61,737 bases of DNA from Candidatus Cloacimonadales bacterium (GCA_030656075.1 JAUSOT010000147.1:1-61737); one strand, 5' to 3'; positions 49,989 through 58,770 are shown, counted from the first letter of the stretch. The notes: a model not told the origin generated them from the sequence alone. Numbers and translations: made by a program.

Positions 49989-52043
49989 ATGAAAATTTTG
50001 ATCGTTTTTGTAGTTTGTTTATCGTTTCTGCCGCTGCCGGGCAAAGTTACTATGAACGAATACGGACATATTTCCAATATTGAGAAGCAACTTGATGAGA
50101 AATTTCTGGTCGAAGATAATGAGTATTTCATCCGGATCGACAACCTGAAATTAGCAGGAAATTCCCTGTTTGAATTACCTAACGGTTATTTGACTTTGGT
50201 AACGATAGAAGAAAACATTCCCACCTGGCTGCGAATTTATGACAAAAACGGTTACGAAAGATTTCTTCAGAAATTTCCGAAAGTCATCAATTTATCATTA
50301 TCCGAAAACAAAAGTTTTGCAGCATTTTCCGATGGAAAGGAACTTGTGGTTTTAAACTTGGAAAATTTCAATATCGACAGATTTCCAAATTCGGTTGTTT
50401 TTGCTGTAGATAATTTTGGACGTCCTGCCTTCATTACCGATAATTCGCTCATTTTGATAAATCGTAATTTCAGTTTGGAAAGCATTCCGCAAAAAATCCT
50501 TTTTTTCAGAAATGAACCTTTGATTTTCACCTCCGAACATATTTATAAAATCGCAGATAATCTTAAATCATTATACACATTTGGCGGCAAGTATTTCGAG
50601 GCAGAAGTTATTGATGAAAAGCTATATTTCGTAGAAAGAACCAAGCTGGAAACCGGATTTCGTTTTCAACTTTTTTCAAGTTTCGATTTGATGAATTTTT
50701 CCGGAGAAACTACCTGCGATTATCAACAGGAAAAAAACCGTACACATGAAGAGATTCAATGCCCTCTGCTTTACGGAATCGGAGATTATGCCTTTCCTGT
50801 TGGCAACAGTTACGGAGAACATCAAAATTACGGAGGCGATTCCTATGCTCATCCCGGTGTAGATTTTTTGGGCGAAGATTATCAGGAAGTTTATGCCGTG
50901 CACGACGGTTATGTGAAAGCCGTGCTGACTACCGGTGGAAGCGCTTACTGGAGAATTGCCATTGCCGATCAGAATCTTCCGGAGGAAACAGAGGGCTATC
51001 TTTATGCTCATCTGAATCAAAATTCAATCACTGTGAATGCCGGAGGCGAAGTGCAGGCCGGCGATCAACTCGGCACTCTTTACGATTGGCCTGTTTATGG
51101 TTTTACACACACGCATTTTGCGCGGGTAAAAGATGAAGGAACTTTCTGGAATGGAACCTGGTGGACGGTCGATAATCCTCTGGTGGATGTTACCAACATA
51201 CAGGATTCGATCCCGCCTGTATTTGAAAATGCTATTAATGACGACAAGTTCGCTTTTCGAACTGCTGCAGGAAATTATCTCGATCCGTTAAATTTGCAGG
51301 GAGAATTTGATATCATTGCCAAATGTCATGATTTATGCAATTGTGATTGGCGGATCGACGTGTGGGATTTACGTTTTTCACTGCACCCTGCCAGCAATCC
51401 CGATTCCACTTTGTACGAACTGTTTAGCTTCAAATTCGATATGTTGCTCGATGAGTATTTCGGCAATTATTGGACTGACCTGGCTGTTAATACTATCTAT
51501 TCCCAAGACGATATCTGTCAATCGATGGGTAATTATGACGTGCGGGATTATTATCATATAATCACAAATTCCGATGGAGATTCGCTCATCACAGAAAATG
51601 ATGAGCCGCAGCTTTTCGATTCGACCCAGTTCGACGACGGCTTCTATTATTTCAAGGTTACCGCTCGTGATGCCTGCCTGAACACGACAATCGATTCGAT
51701 GGTTGTATCTTTCAATAATGGCGTTTCAACTGAAAATGAGCTTCCTGAAAATGAAGTCTTTCTGACCAATTATCCGAATCCGTTCAATCCATCCACAACC
51801 ATCTCGTTTGATTTAGACACCGAAAATACCGAAATCGAAATTTATAATTTGAAGGGGCAGAAAGTAAAAGTTTTGGAATGCAGCAATTCTTTTGCTGCAT
51901 ACGCGAGGGACTCGCGTTCTACGCACTCCATAATCTGGGATGGAACAGACCAAACCGGCAAACCGGTTACTTCCGGAATTTATTTTTATAAATTGAAAAC
52001 AAACCATTTTGAAAAAACAAAAAAGATGATTTTGATGAAATAG
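49989..52043 (+). CDS. Secreted M23 (LytM-type) metallopeptidase with T9SS C-terminal sorting domain
   Basis: Signal peptide. M23 motifs HPGVDF...AVHDGYV and GFTHTHFA. C-terminus NYPNPFNPSTTISF...SGIYFYKLK. Confidence 0.75.
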   Translation: MKILIVFVVCLSFLPLPGKVTMNEYGHISNIEKQLDEKFLVEDNEYFIRIDNLKLAGNSLFELPNGYLTLVTIEENIPTWLRIYDKNGYERFLQKFPKVINLSLSENKSFAAFSDGKELVVLNLENFNIDRFPNSVVFAVDNFGRPAFITDNSLILINRNFSLESIPQKILFFRNEPLIFTSEHIYKIADNLKSLYTFGGKYFEAEVIDEKLYFVERTKLETGFRFQLFSSFDLMNFSGETTCDYQQEKNRTHEEIQCPLLYGIGDYAFPVGNSYGEHQNYGGDSYAHPGVDFLGEDYQEVYAVHDGYVKAVLTTGGSAYWRIAIADQNLPEETEGYLYAHLNQNSITVNAGGEVQAGDQLGTLYDWPVYGFTHTHFARVKDEGTFWNGTWWTVDNPLVDVTNIQDSIPPVFENAINDDKFAFRTAAGNYLDPLNLQGEFDIIAKCHDLCNCDWRIDVWDLRFSLHPASNPDSTLYELFSFKFDMLLDEYFGNYWTDLAVNTIYSQDDICQSMGNYDVRDYYHIITNSDGDSLITENDEPQLFDSTQFDDGFYYFKVTARDACLNTTIDSMVVSFNNGVSTENELPENEVFLTNYPNPFNPSTTISFDLDTENTEIEIYNLKGQKVKVLECSNSFAAYARDSRSTHSIIWDGTDQTGKPVTSGIYFYKLKTNHFEKTKKMILMK
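51879..51917. repeat. Twin perfect hairpins embedded in the T9SS C-terminal domain coding sequence
   Basis: tgcagca-attcttt-tgctgca followed by acgcgag-gga-ctcgcgt. Translated as ECSNSFAAYARDSRS, at the same position as the insert in the NlpC/P60 CTD. Confidence 0.8.
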
Positions 52044-52153
52044 TGTCCGTACTGGGGACACAAATAAATTCGATCTTTAAAATAAAAAACAATAAAAATA
52101 CAGTCCGGTTTCTGTCCTTCCCAAAAGACTACGCCGGAACAAGGAGAAAGCAA

Positions 52154-53341
52154 ATGAGCAAAAGAACAATAGTTACGATGCCGGGAGACGGCATTGGCAA
52201 AACTGTATTGCCAGAAGCGATCCGTGTGCTGGATGCTGTGGGCTTTGAGGCCGATTATGTGCATGCCGATATCGGCTGGGAATTCTGGTGCAAGGAAGGC
52301 AATCCGCTTCCGCAACGAACACTTGATCTGATCGAAAAGCACAAAATCGCTCTGTTTGGAGCCATCACTTCCAAACCAAAAAGCGAAGCAGTCAAAGAAC
52401 TCGACCCCGCTTTAGCCGGTAAAGGCTATGTTTACTACAGTCCCATCGTGGGATTGCGTCAGCATTTTATGCTGGATATCTGTCAACGTCCCTGCATTTC
52501 TTTTAAAGGAAATCCGCTCAATTTCATCCGCAAAGGACCGAATGACACGATCGAAGAACCGGAAGTAAATGTAGTTGTCTTCCGTCAGAATACGGAAGGA
52601 TTGTATGGCGGTGTGGAATGGACAGATCCGCCACAGCAGGTTTATGATGCTTTTATGACACATCCTAAGTTCAGTAAGAATTTCGGCTGGTGTCCCAAAG
52701 ATGAATTAGCGATTTCTACGCGAATTTTCACCAAAAAATATTCGGAAAGAATTATTCGAGCGGCATTTGAATATGCCAAAAAATTCGGTTACAAACGCGT
52801 GACTTTATGCGAAAAACCAAATGTAATCCGCGAAACCAGCGGCATGATGCTGGCTATCTGCCGAAATATGACAAAAGAATATGAAGGCATCCACTTCGAT
52901 TACACAAACATCGATGCACAGATGATGTGGCTGACCAAAGATCCCGAAAAATATGGTGTAATTATCGCTGGAAATATGTTTGGTGATATTGTTTCCGATG
53001 GTTTTGCGGGTTTAGTTGGTGGTCTTGGATTTGCCTGCAGTGCCAATATTGGTGAAGAAGTTGCTATCTTTGAACCTACTCACGGTTCCGCTCCGAAATA
53101 TGAAAATCTAAATCCTTCCATAGTCAATCCCATCGCGATGATCATGAGCGCCTGCATGATGCTCGATTATCTCGGTGAAGTGGGCAAAGCAGATCGTATC
53201 CGTAAAGCAATTGCTAAAGTTGTGGAAGAAGGCAAAGTTCGCGCCTATGATATGCTAAAACTGCGCGGCAGTCAGGAAGTTATGCAACAAGGCGCTGCTT
53301 CCACATCTGAAATGACAGATGCAATTATTGCGGCATTATAA
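52154..53341 (+). CDS. Beta-decarboxylating dehydrogenase (isocitrate / homoisocitrate / isopropylmalate dehydrogenase family)
   Basis: TMPGDGIGKTVLPEA, substrate loop YYSPIVGLRQHFMLDICQRP, NTEGLYGG, NMFGDIVSDGFAGLVGGLG, FEPTHGSAPK. Start at ATG 52154 after aaggag. Confidence 0.82.
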   Translation: MSKRTIVTMPGDGIGKTVLPEAIRVLDAVGFEADYVHADIGWEFWCKEGNPLPQRTLDLIEKHKIALFGAITSKPKSEAVKELDPALAGKGYVYYSPIVGLRQHFMLDICQRPCISFKGNPLNFIRKGPNDTIEEPEVNVVVFRQNTEGLYGGVEWTDPPQQVYDAFMTHPKFSKNFGWCPKDELAISTRIFTKKYSERIIRAAFEYAKKFGYKRVTLCEKPNVIRETSGMMLAICRNMTKEYEGIHFDYTNIDAQMMWLTKDPEKYGVIIAGNMFGDIVSDGFAGLVGGLGFACSANIGEEVAIFEPTHGSAPKYENLNPSIVNPIAMIMSACMMLDYLGEVGKADRIRKAIAKVVEEGKVRAYDMLKLRGSQEVMQQGAASTSEMTDAIIAAL

Positions 53342-53418
53342 ACAACCAAAACTTCCGAAGTTTCTTGTGGGATTTTCTTGGAAGATAAACTTCGTAAGTT
53401 CTAAATAGGAGAAAAAAA

Positions 53419-53967
53419 ATGATGAATATGCTGGAACTCTGGCCGGAAATCGAATGGATTCAAGATGATGATTTACGCGAAAAAGTTACCAGAACCTGGG
53501 AAGCTGCTTTGCAGAGAAGTGTACTCACTGCTACCGATTTGCAGACTATTCCTTTCACTTTGCTCTGCGGTCCCGACCTGAAAGTTACTTTCATGGATCA
53601 TAAACGCAGCGTGGTGCATATTGCCAAAGCTGCCGGTGAAAAATGTAATGAGTTTTATCATGGTGAACTTCCCGTTAACATGGATGTTCTTATTGCTGGT
53701 GCGATTCTGGCAGACGTTGGAAAACTTTTGGAATATGTACTGGATGAAAACGGCAAAGCTGTGCAGGGAACGTATGGCAAATATTTGCGGCATCCCTTCA
53801 GCGGTGTTTCATTGGCAGAAGAATTTGGCATTTCAGCAGAAGTTTGTCACATCATCGCTACTCACGCCGGAGAAGGTGACATGGTGAAAAGAACCACTGA
53901 AGCTTATCTGGTTCATCATGCCGATTTCATGACTTTCCTGCCGTTTAAGAGCAGATTGCAGGTGTAG
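53419..53967 (+). CDS. HD-domain-like protein with variant metal motif
   Basis: HD-superfamily layout (DHKRSVVHIAKAA ... AGAILADVGKLLEY ... HIIATHAGEGD ... LVHHAD). The canonical H-D doublet reads A-D. Confidence 0.5.
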   Translation: MMNMLELWPEIEWIQDDDLREKVTRTWEAALQRSVLTATDLQTIPFTLLCGPDLKVTFMDHKRSVVHIAKAAGEKCNEFYHGELPVNMDVLIAGAILADVGKLLEYVLDENGKAVQGTYGKYLRHPFSGVSLAEEFGISAEVCHIIATHAGEGDMVKRTTEAYLVHHADFMTFLPFKSRLQV

Positions 53968-54155
53968 AGCGACCATGTCTTTCTGACGTTTCTTGCACGC
54001 CGTTCTCAGGAAGAATATAAAGTAATAGATGTGCAAACTCCCCTTCGTAAGGGGAGACTCAGAGGGGTTTGGCAAGATCAATAATAACTGATCTTTTGAG
54101 GAAAACCCCCTATAAGTCCCCCTTCCAAGGGGGAAGAAGAAACAAGGAGTAAAAT

Positions 54156-55961
54156 ATGGCTTTAACATTAATAGAAAAAATCCTGGCAAACCACAGTGGC
54201 AAAGATGTGGTGAAGCCGGGAGAAATCATCGATATTGAAATCGATGTGCGCGTTGCCCGTGATTTCGGCGGTGCTAATGTTGTAAAAAATTTAGTGAATA
54301 ATGGTTTGGAAGTTGATGATGTTTTCAAGACGTTTTTCACTTTTGACTGCAATCCCACCGGCAGCGACCAAAAGTACGCAGCCAATCAGCAATACTGCCG
54401 ACTTTATGCTCGCGAAAAAGGCATCAAAATTTATGATATCGATGCCGGAATTGGAACTCATCTCGTCATTGAAAAAGGCATTGCTTATCCCGGTTGTACC
54501 ATAGTTTCCACCGATTCCCACGCCAATATTCTGGGAGCGATCGGCGCTTTTGGCCAGGGAATGGGAGATCAGGATATTGCCGCAGCCTGGGCAAATGGCA
54601 AGAGCTGGTTCAAAGTTCCCAAATCCGTGAAAATTACTTTGAACGGCAAGCGTCCGGCTAACGTTTATGCCAAAGATATCGTGCTGAATCTGCTGAATAA
54701 ATTCGGTGCCAATCAGCTTCTGGGATATTCTGTGGAAATCTATGGCGAAGATGTCGAGAACTTCACTCTGGATCAGCGCATCACGATATCTTCCATGGCT
54801 ACCGAGATGGGAGCGATCATCATTCTCTTCCCACCCAATGACGAAGTCATCAAATACGCCGAAGAACGTTCCGGACGGAAAATTGCCAAAATTCTGGCAG
54901 ATGAAGATGCTGTTTACGAGCAGAAATTTGAATTGGATATGAGCAAATTCGTACCGATGATGTCACGCCCCGGCCATCCCGACGATGCCATCGATATTAA
55001 GGAATTGAAGGGATCGAAGATCGATTCCGCTTTTATAGGCAGCTGTACGAACGGCCGTTACGAAGACATGAAGCTGGTGTCCGAAATTCTGAAAGACCGT
55101 AAAGTTGCACCCGGCGTAGTCTTGAAAATCGTTCCTGCTACCGATGCAATCTGGCAGCAACTCTTAGCAGAAGGCATCATCAATATCTTCAAAGATGCCG
55201 GAGCATTGGTCAGTAATGCCGGTTGTGCGGGTTGCGCTGCCGGGCAGGTGGGACAGAACGGACCGGATGAAGTAACCGTGAGTACCGGAAACCGTAATTT
55301 TGCCGGGAAACAGGGAAAAGGAAAAGTTTATCTGGGATCACCTGCCGAAGTTGCCGCTTCTGCTGTTGCAGGTTACATCACCACTCCCGACGACATCCCA
55401 GAAAAACCGGCTGAATTTGCTGCTAAAGGCGGTTTCGGAAAAGTTGCCAAAAAGAAAAAAGCTGTGAGTGAAAAACCGACAGTGGTAGAAGGAAAAGTTT
55501 GGATCATTGAGCAGGATGACATCGACACAGATATGATTTTCCACAATCGTTATCTGACGATCACCGACATCAACGAAATGGGACAATATGCTTTTGATAA
55601 TCTGGCAGGTTGGGAAGATTTTGCTAAAAAAGCCGAAGTCGGTGACATCATCATCACCAACAAAAACTTTGGTGCCGGAAGTTCCCGTCAGCAAGCAGTG
55701 GATTGTTTCAAATCTCTGGGAATTCAAGCGATTCTGGCTGAATCATTCGGTGCGATCTACGAACGAAACGCCATCAACGCCGGCTTCCCAATTCTGACTT
55801 ATTGTTGCATTTCCGAACTGCAATTGAAACAGCGCGATATGATCAAAGTTGATTTGGAAAGTGGAGAAGTTACAAATTTGGAAAATGGCAAATCTCTCAA
55901 AATCAATTCATTCTTCGATGTGCAGATGGAAATTTATAAGAGAGATGGGTTGTTGGGATAA
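54156..55961 (+). CDS. Aconitase-superfamily hydratase, fused large (LeuC/HacA-like) + small (LeuD/HacB-like) subunits, paralog 1
   Basis: N-terminus MALTLIEKILANHSG. Fe-S ligand contexts STDSHA, GSCTNGR, GCAGCAAGQ. Linker with KKKK. Swivel domain GKVWIIEQDDIDTDMI...NFGAGSSRQQA. Confidence 0.82.
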   Translation: MALTLIEKILANHSGKDVVKPGEIIDIEIDVRVARDFGGANVVKNLVNNGLEVDDVFKTFFTFDCNPTGSDQKYAANQQYCRLYAREKGIKIYDIDAGIGTHLVIEKGIAYPGCTIVSTDSHANILGAIGAFGQGMGDQDIAAAWANGKSWFKVPKSVKITLNGKRPANVYAKDIVLNLLNKFGANQLLGYSVEIYGEDVENFTLDQRITISSMATEMGAIIILFPPNDEVIKYAEERSGRKIAKILADEDAVYEQKFELDMSKFVPMMSRPGHPDDAIDIKELKGSKIDSAFIGSCTNGRYEDMKLVSEILKDRKVAPGVVLKIVPATDAIWQQLLAEGIINIFKDAGALVSNAGCAGCAAGQVGQNGPDEVTVSTGNRNFAGKQGKGKVYLGSPAEVAASAVAGYITTPDDIPEKPAEFAAKGGFGKVAKKKKAVSEKPTVVEGKVWIIEQDDIDTDMIFHNRYLTITDINEMGQYAFDNLAGWEDFAKKAEVGDIIITNKNFGAGSSRQQAVDCFKSLGIQAILAESFGAIYERNAINAGFPILTYCCISELQLKQRDMIKVDLESGEVTNLENGKSLKINSFFDVQMEIYKRDGLLG

Positions 55962-56344
55962 ATAAAATAATCTGAGTTTTACTACAGAAATCTGGTGTTT
56001 CGACTACGCTCACCATGACAGATTTCTGTGTTTGAATAAAATATTGTAATCCTGCCTGCCTGACCGAAGCTTGACGAAGGCTGGAGCGAAGTTGAAGAAT
56101 GTGCGCAGGGCATCTCCTGGTTTCCAGGCCCCTGCTTGGAAACCTATTGTAAAAAATAAGTGTGTATCTAATTCTATTTATTCAAAATGCTGAGCTTGTG
56201 TCATCCTGAGCCCTTCGACAAGCTCAGGACAGGCTCTGTCGAAGGACGAAGCATTTGAAAGATATAAATTAACGTCCGAAATCGTTCTTAACTCGCACTT
56301 CGTTGCAAGTCAAGTCCGATTTACAATTCACATTGGAGGAAATA

Positions 56345-58150
56345 ATGGGAAAAACCTTTGTAGAAAAAATTCTGGGAGCGGAAACTGGAGCAATCGTTTT
56401 TCGCAAACCCGATATCATTCTCACTCACGATAACACAGCCAGCATCAAAGTCACGTTCAATAAAATGGGTGGAACCAAAGTTGCCGATCCTGATCAGCTT
56501 TTGGTGGTACTCGATCACAACGCTCCGCCCACCGATGCCAAGCTGGCAAATCAGTATCAAACAATCCGCAATTTCGTCAAAGATCAGGGCATCAAAAAAT
56601 TCCATGACGTCTGCGACGGCATCTGTCACCAGGTGATGAGCTATCATGCCAAACCCGGCATGATCATCGTGGGCAGCGACAGCCATACCTGCACTGCCGG
56701 CGCTTTTAATGCTCTCGCTGCCGGTATCGACCGCACAGAATCGGCCGGAATCTGGAAACGTGGTGAAACCTGGTTCCGTGTTCCCAACACACTCAAAGTA
56801 ACATTGAAAGGAAATCTGCAGTCCGGCGTTTATGCCAAAGATATTTCACTTTGGATAATTGGTATGATTGGCTCGGATGGTGCTAATTATATGAGTATCG
56901 AATTTCACGGTGATGGTGTGAAAACACTTTCCATTTCCCAAAGAATGACCCTGGCCAATCTGGCATCGGAAATGGGTGCTAAAAATGCTGTCTTTCCCGC
57001 TGATGAAGTTCTGGAAGAATTTCTTAAAACCCAAACTTCCGAAGTTTTGGAAACTTCGGAAGTTTTGAAGAACGGCATCTGGGCAGACAAAGATGCCAAA
57101 TATGAAAGAGAGATCGAGATCGATTTAGATAAAATTTTCCCGCTGGTGGCTGCGCCGCATCATGTGGATAATGTGAAAGCTGTTTCAGAAGTGCAGGGAA
57201 TAAAACTTAATCAAGGTTTGATCGGAACCTGTACGAATGGCAGATTGGAAGATTTGGGAATTGCCGCGAAAATCTTGAAAGGCAAAAAAGTAGCGGATGG
57301 ATTCCAACTCTTAGTGATCCCAGCCAGTCGCGAAATTTATTTGGAAGCGATGGAAAAAGGTTATATCAAATCCTTCATCAACTCAGGCGCCAGCGTGCTG
57401 GCAGTTTCCTGCGGTCCGTGTTTGGGAACAGGTCAGGGCATTCCTGCTGATGGTTACACGGTAATTTCCACAGCCAACCGCAATTTCAAAGGCCGCATGG
57501 GAAACAAAGAAGCACAGATTTATCTGGCTTCTCCGGCCTGCGTTGCTTTTAGTGCAATTGCCGGTGAGATCACCGATCCGCGTGGCAAAGCATTTAATGA
57601 TAAATTCCCCTATCCCAAAGCACAAAGTTCAACGGTGGATATCGAACCGGATGATAACAGAAAAGAAAAGGGTGTCTGGAATTATTCCGATGTGGATAAC
57701 CTGAACACCGATCAGATGTTTGCCGGAAATCTCACTTACCAGGTTCTCAGTTCCGATCCTGCTGCCATCATGCCCCATCTTTTCGTGGATTTTGATGAGA
57801 ACTTCGTTAAGAAAGTACAAGCTGGAGATGTGATCATTGCCGGTGAAAATTTCGGCTGCGGCAGTTCGCGTGAACATCCCGCAGTTGGTCTGGCTCATGC
57901 CGGGATAAAAGCCGTCATCGTCAAGTCGGTGAATCGAATATTCTATCGTTCTTCGGTAAATCAGGGTCTGCCAATTATTGTGCTACCGGAAGTGGTAGAT
58001 GCTTACAAACAAGGTGATAAAGTATTTGTGGATATGGAAAACGGTTCTATTAAAATCAATGAAAAAGAATTCAAATTCGCTCCGCTTCCTAAAGAATTGA
58101 TGGCAATTTTCGAAATGAAGGGATTGGTTAACTGGATGAAGGAAAATTAA
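56345..58150 (+). CDS. Aconitase-superfamily hydratase, fused large + small subunits, paralog 2
   Basis: MGKTFVEKILGA, LDHNAP, GSDSHT, GTCTNGR, SCGPCLG. Swivel domain VWNYSDVDNLNTDQM...NFGCGSSREHPA. Start at ATG 56345 after ggaggaa. Confidence 0.82.
   Translation: MGKTFVEKILGAETGAIVFRKPDIILTHDNTASIKVTFNKMGGTKVADPDQLLVVLDHNAPPTDAKLANQYQTIRNFVKDQGIKKFHDVCDGICHQVMSYHAKPGMIIVGSDSHTCTAGAFNALAAGIDRTESAGIWKRGETWFRVPNTLKVTLKGNLQSGVYAKDISLWIIGMIGSDGANYMSIEFHGDGVKTLSISQRMTLANLASEMGAKNAVFPADEVLEEFLKTQTSEVLETSEVLKNGIWADKDAKYEREIEIDLDKIFPLVAAPHHVDNVKAVSEVQGIKLNQGLIGTCTNGRLEDLGIAAKILKGKKVADGFQLLVIPASREIYLEAMEKGYIKSFINSGASVLAVSCGPCLGTGQGIPADGYTVISTANRNFKGRMGNKEAQIYLASPACVAFSAIAGEITDPRGKAFNDKFPYPKAQSSTVDIEPDDNRKEKGVWNYSDVDNLNTDQMFAGNLTYQVLSSDPAAIMPHLFVDFDENFVKKVQAGDVIIAGENFGCGSSREHPAVGLAHAGIKAVIVKSVNRIFYRSSVNQGLPIIVLPEVVDAYKQGDKVFVDMENGSIKINEKEFKFAPLPKELMAIFEMKGLVNWMKEN
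57033..57065. repeat. Inverted pair of aaacttccgaagttt palindromes embedded in frame in the hydratase gene
   Basis: aaacttccgaagttt-tgg-aaacttcggaagttt, translated as TSEVLETSEVL. The same units occur intergenically at 40390, 40431 and 53349. Paralog 1 lacks these residues. Confidence 0.88.
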
Positions 58151-58258
58151 GCTAAACCGCAAAGAGCGCGAAGACGCAAAGTTAAAATCTGTGCGTTTCC
58201 GTGAAAATCCGTGAGCTAAAAATATCAGTTCCCATGCTGAATAGTGTGGGAACATTTT

Positions 58259-58483
58259 CTATAAATTTAAGATGTAGGTATCTCTTTCATCGGAAAGTGA
58301 ACACATTCCACAGCCCGTGCAGCCTGTTTCACACTCCAGGTGTTTTCTGCTGATCTTACCCTTTTTCACCAGTTCATTCAGCATTCCCTGCATGGCAGAT
58401 TTATCAATATTAAAATGCAGAGAAAGATCGCTCAAAGAGATGGTCTTTCTTTCTTCAAATAATTGCAGAATTTGTAGCAGCAT
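58259..58483 (-). CDS. feoC: FeoC-like winged-helix protein with C-terminal Cys cluster
   Basis: 74-aa wHTH (LSDLSLHFNIDKSAMQGMLNELVKKGKI) followed by C-X3-C-X2-C-X2-C (CETGCTGCGMC). TAATG overlap with the upstream feoA-like gene. Confidence 0.6.
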   Translation of the reverse strand: MLLQILQLFEERKTISLSDLSLHFNIDKSAMQGMLNELVKKGKISRKHLECETGCTGCGMCSLSDERDTYILNL

Positions 58484-58770
58484 TATTTAATGCGAATTCG
58501 ACCGGCGAGTTCGCGCGGGATTATGTAGCGTGAATCTCCCACTCCGATCACAATGTTTTGATTGTCCTCTTCATTTTTATGAACCGTGATCACGCCACCG
58601 CGATAGAGCCCCATTTCCATGGTTTTCAGGTCGGGATTATTGAGGATGATGTATTTCTTTCCAACTTCAGCTTCCGTTAAAAGAGAAGCATCCCGGCAGG
58701 AACGATGCTGATGCTTTCCGCATTCTTTACCGCCGCCGCCTTTGCCAAATCCTCTGCCTATTCCAAACAT
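58483..58770 (-). CDS. FeoA-domain protein with Gly/Cys/His-rich N-terminal extension
   Basis: C-terminal FeoA fold (GKKYIILNNPD...MEMGLYRGGVITVHKN...IVIGVGDSRYIIPRELAGRIRI). N-terminal MFGIGRGFGKGGGGKECGKHQHRSC. Confidence 0.65.
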   Translation of the reverse strand: MFGIGRGFGKGGGGKECGKHQHRSCRDASLLTEAEVGKKYIILNNPDLKTMEMGLYRGGVITVHKNEEDNQNIVIGVGDSRYIIPRELAGRIRIK

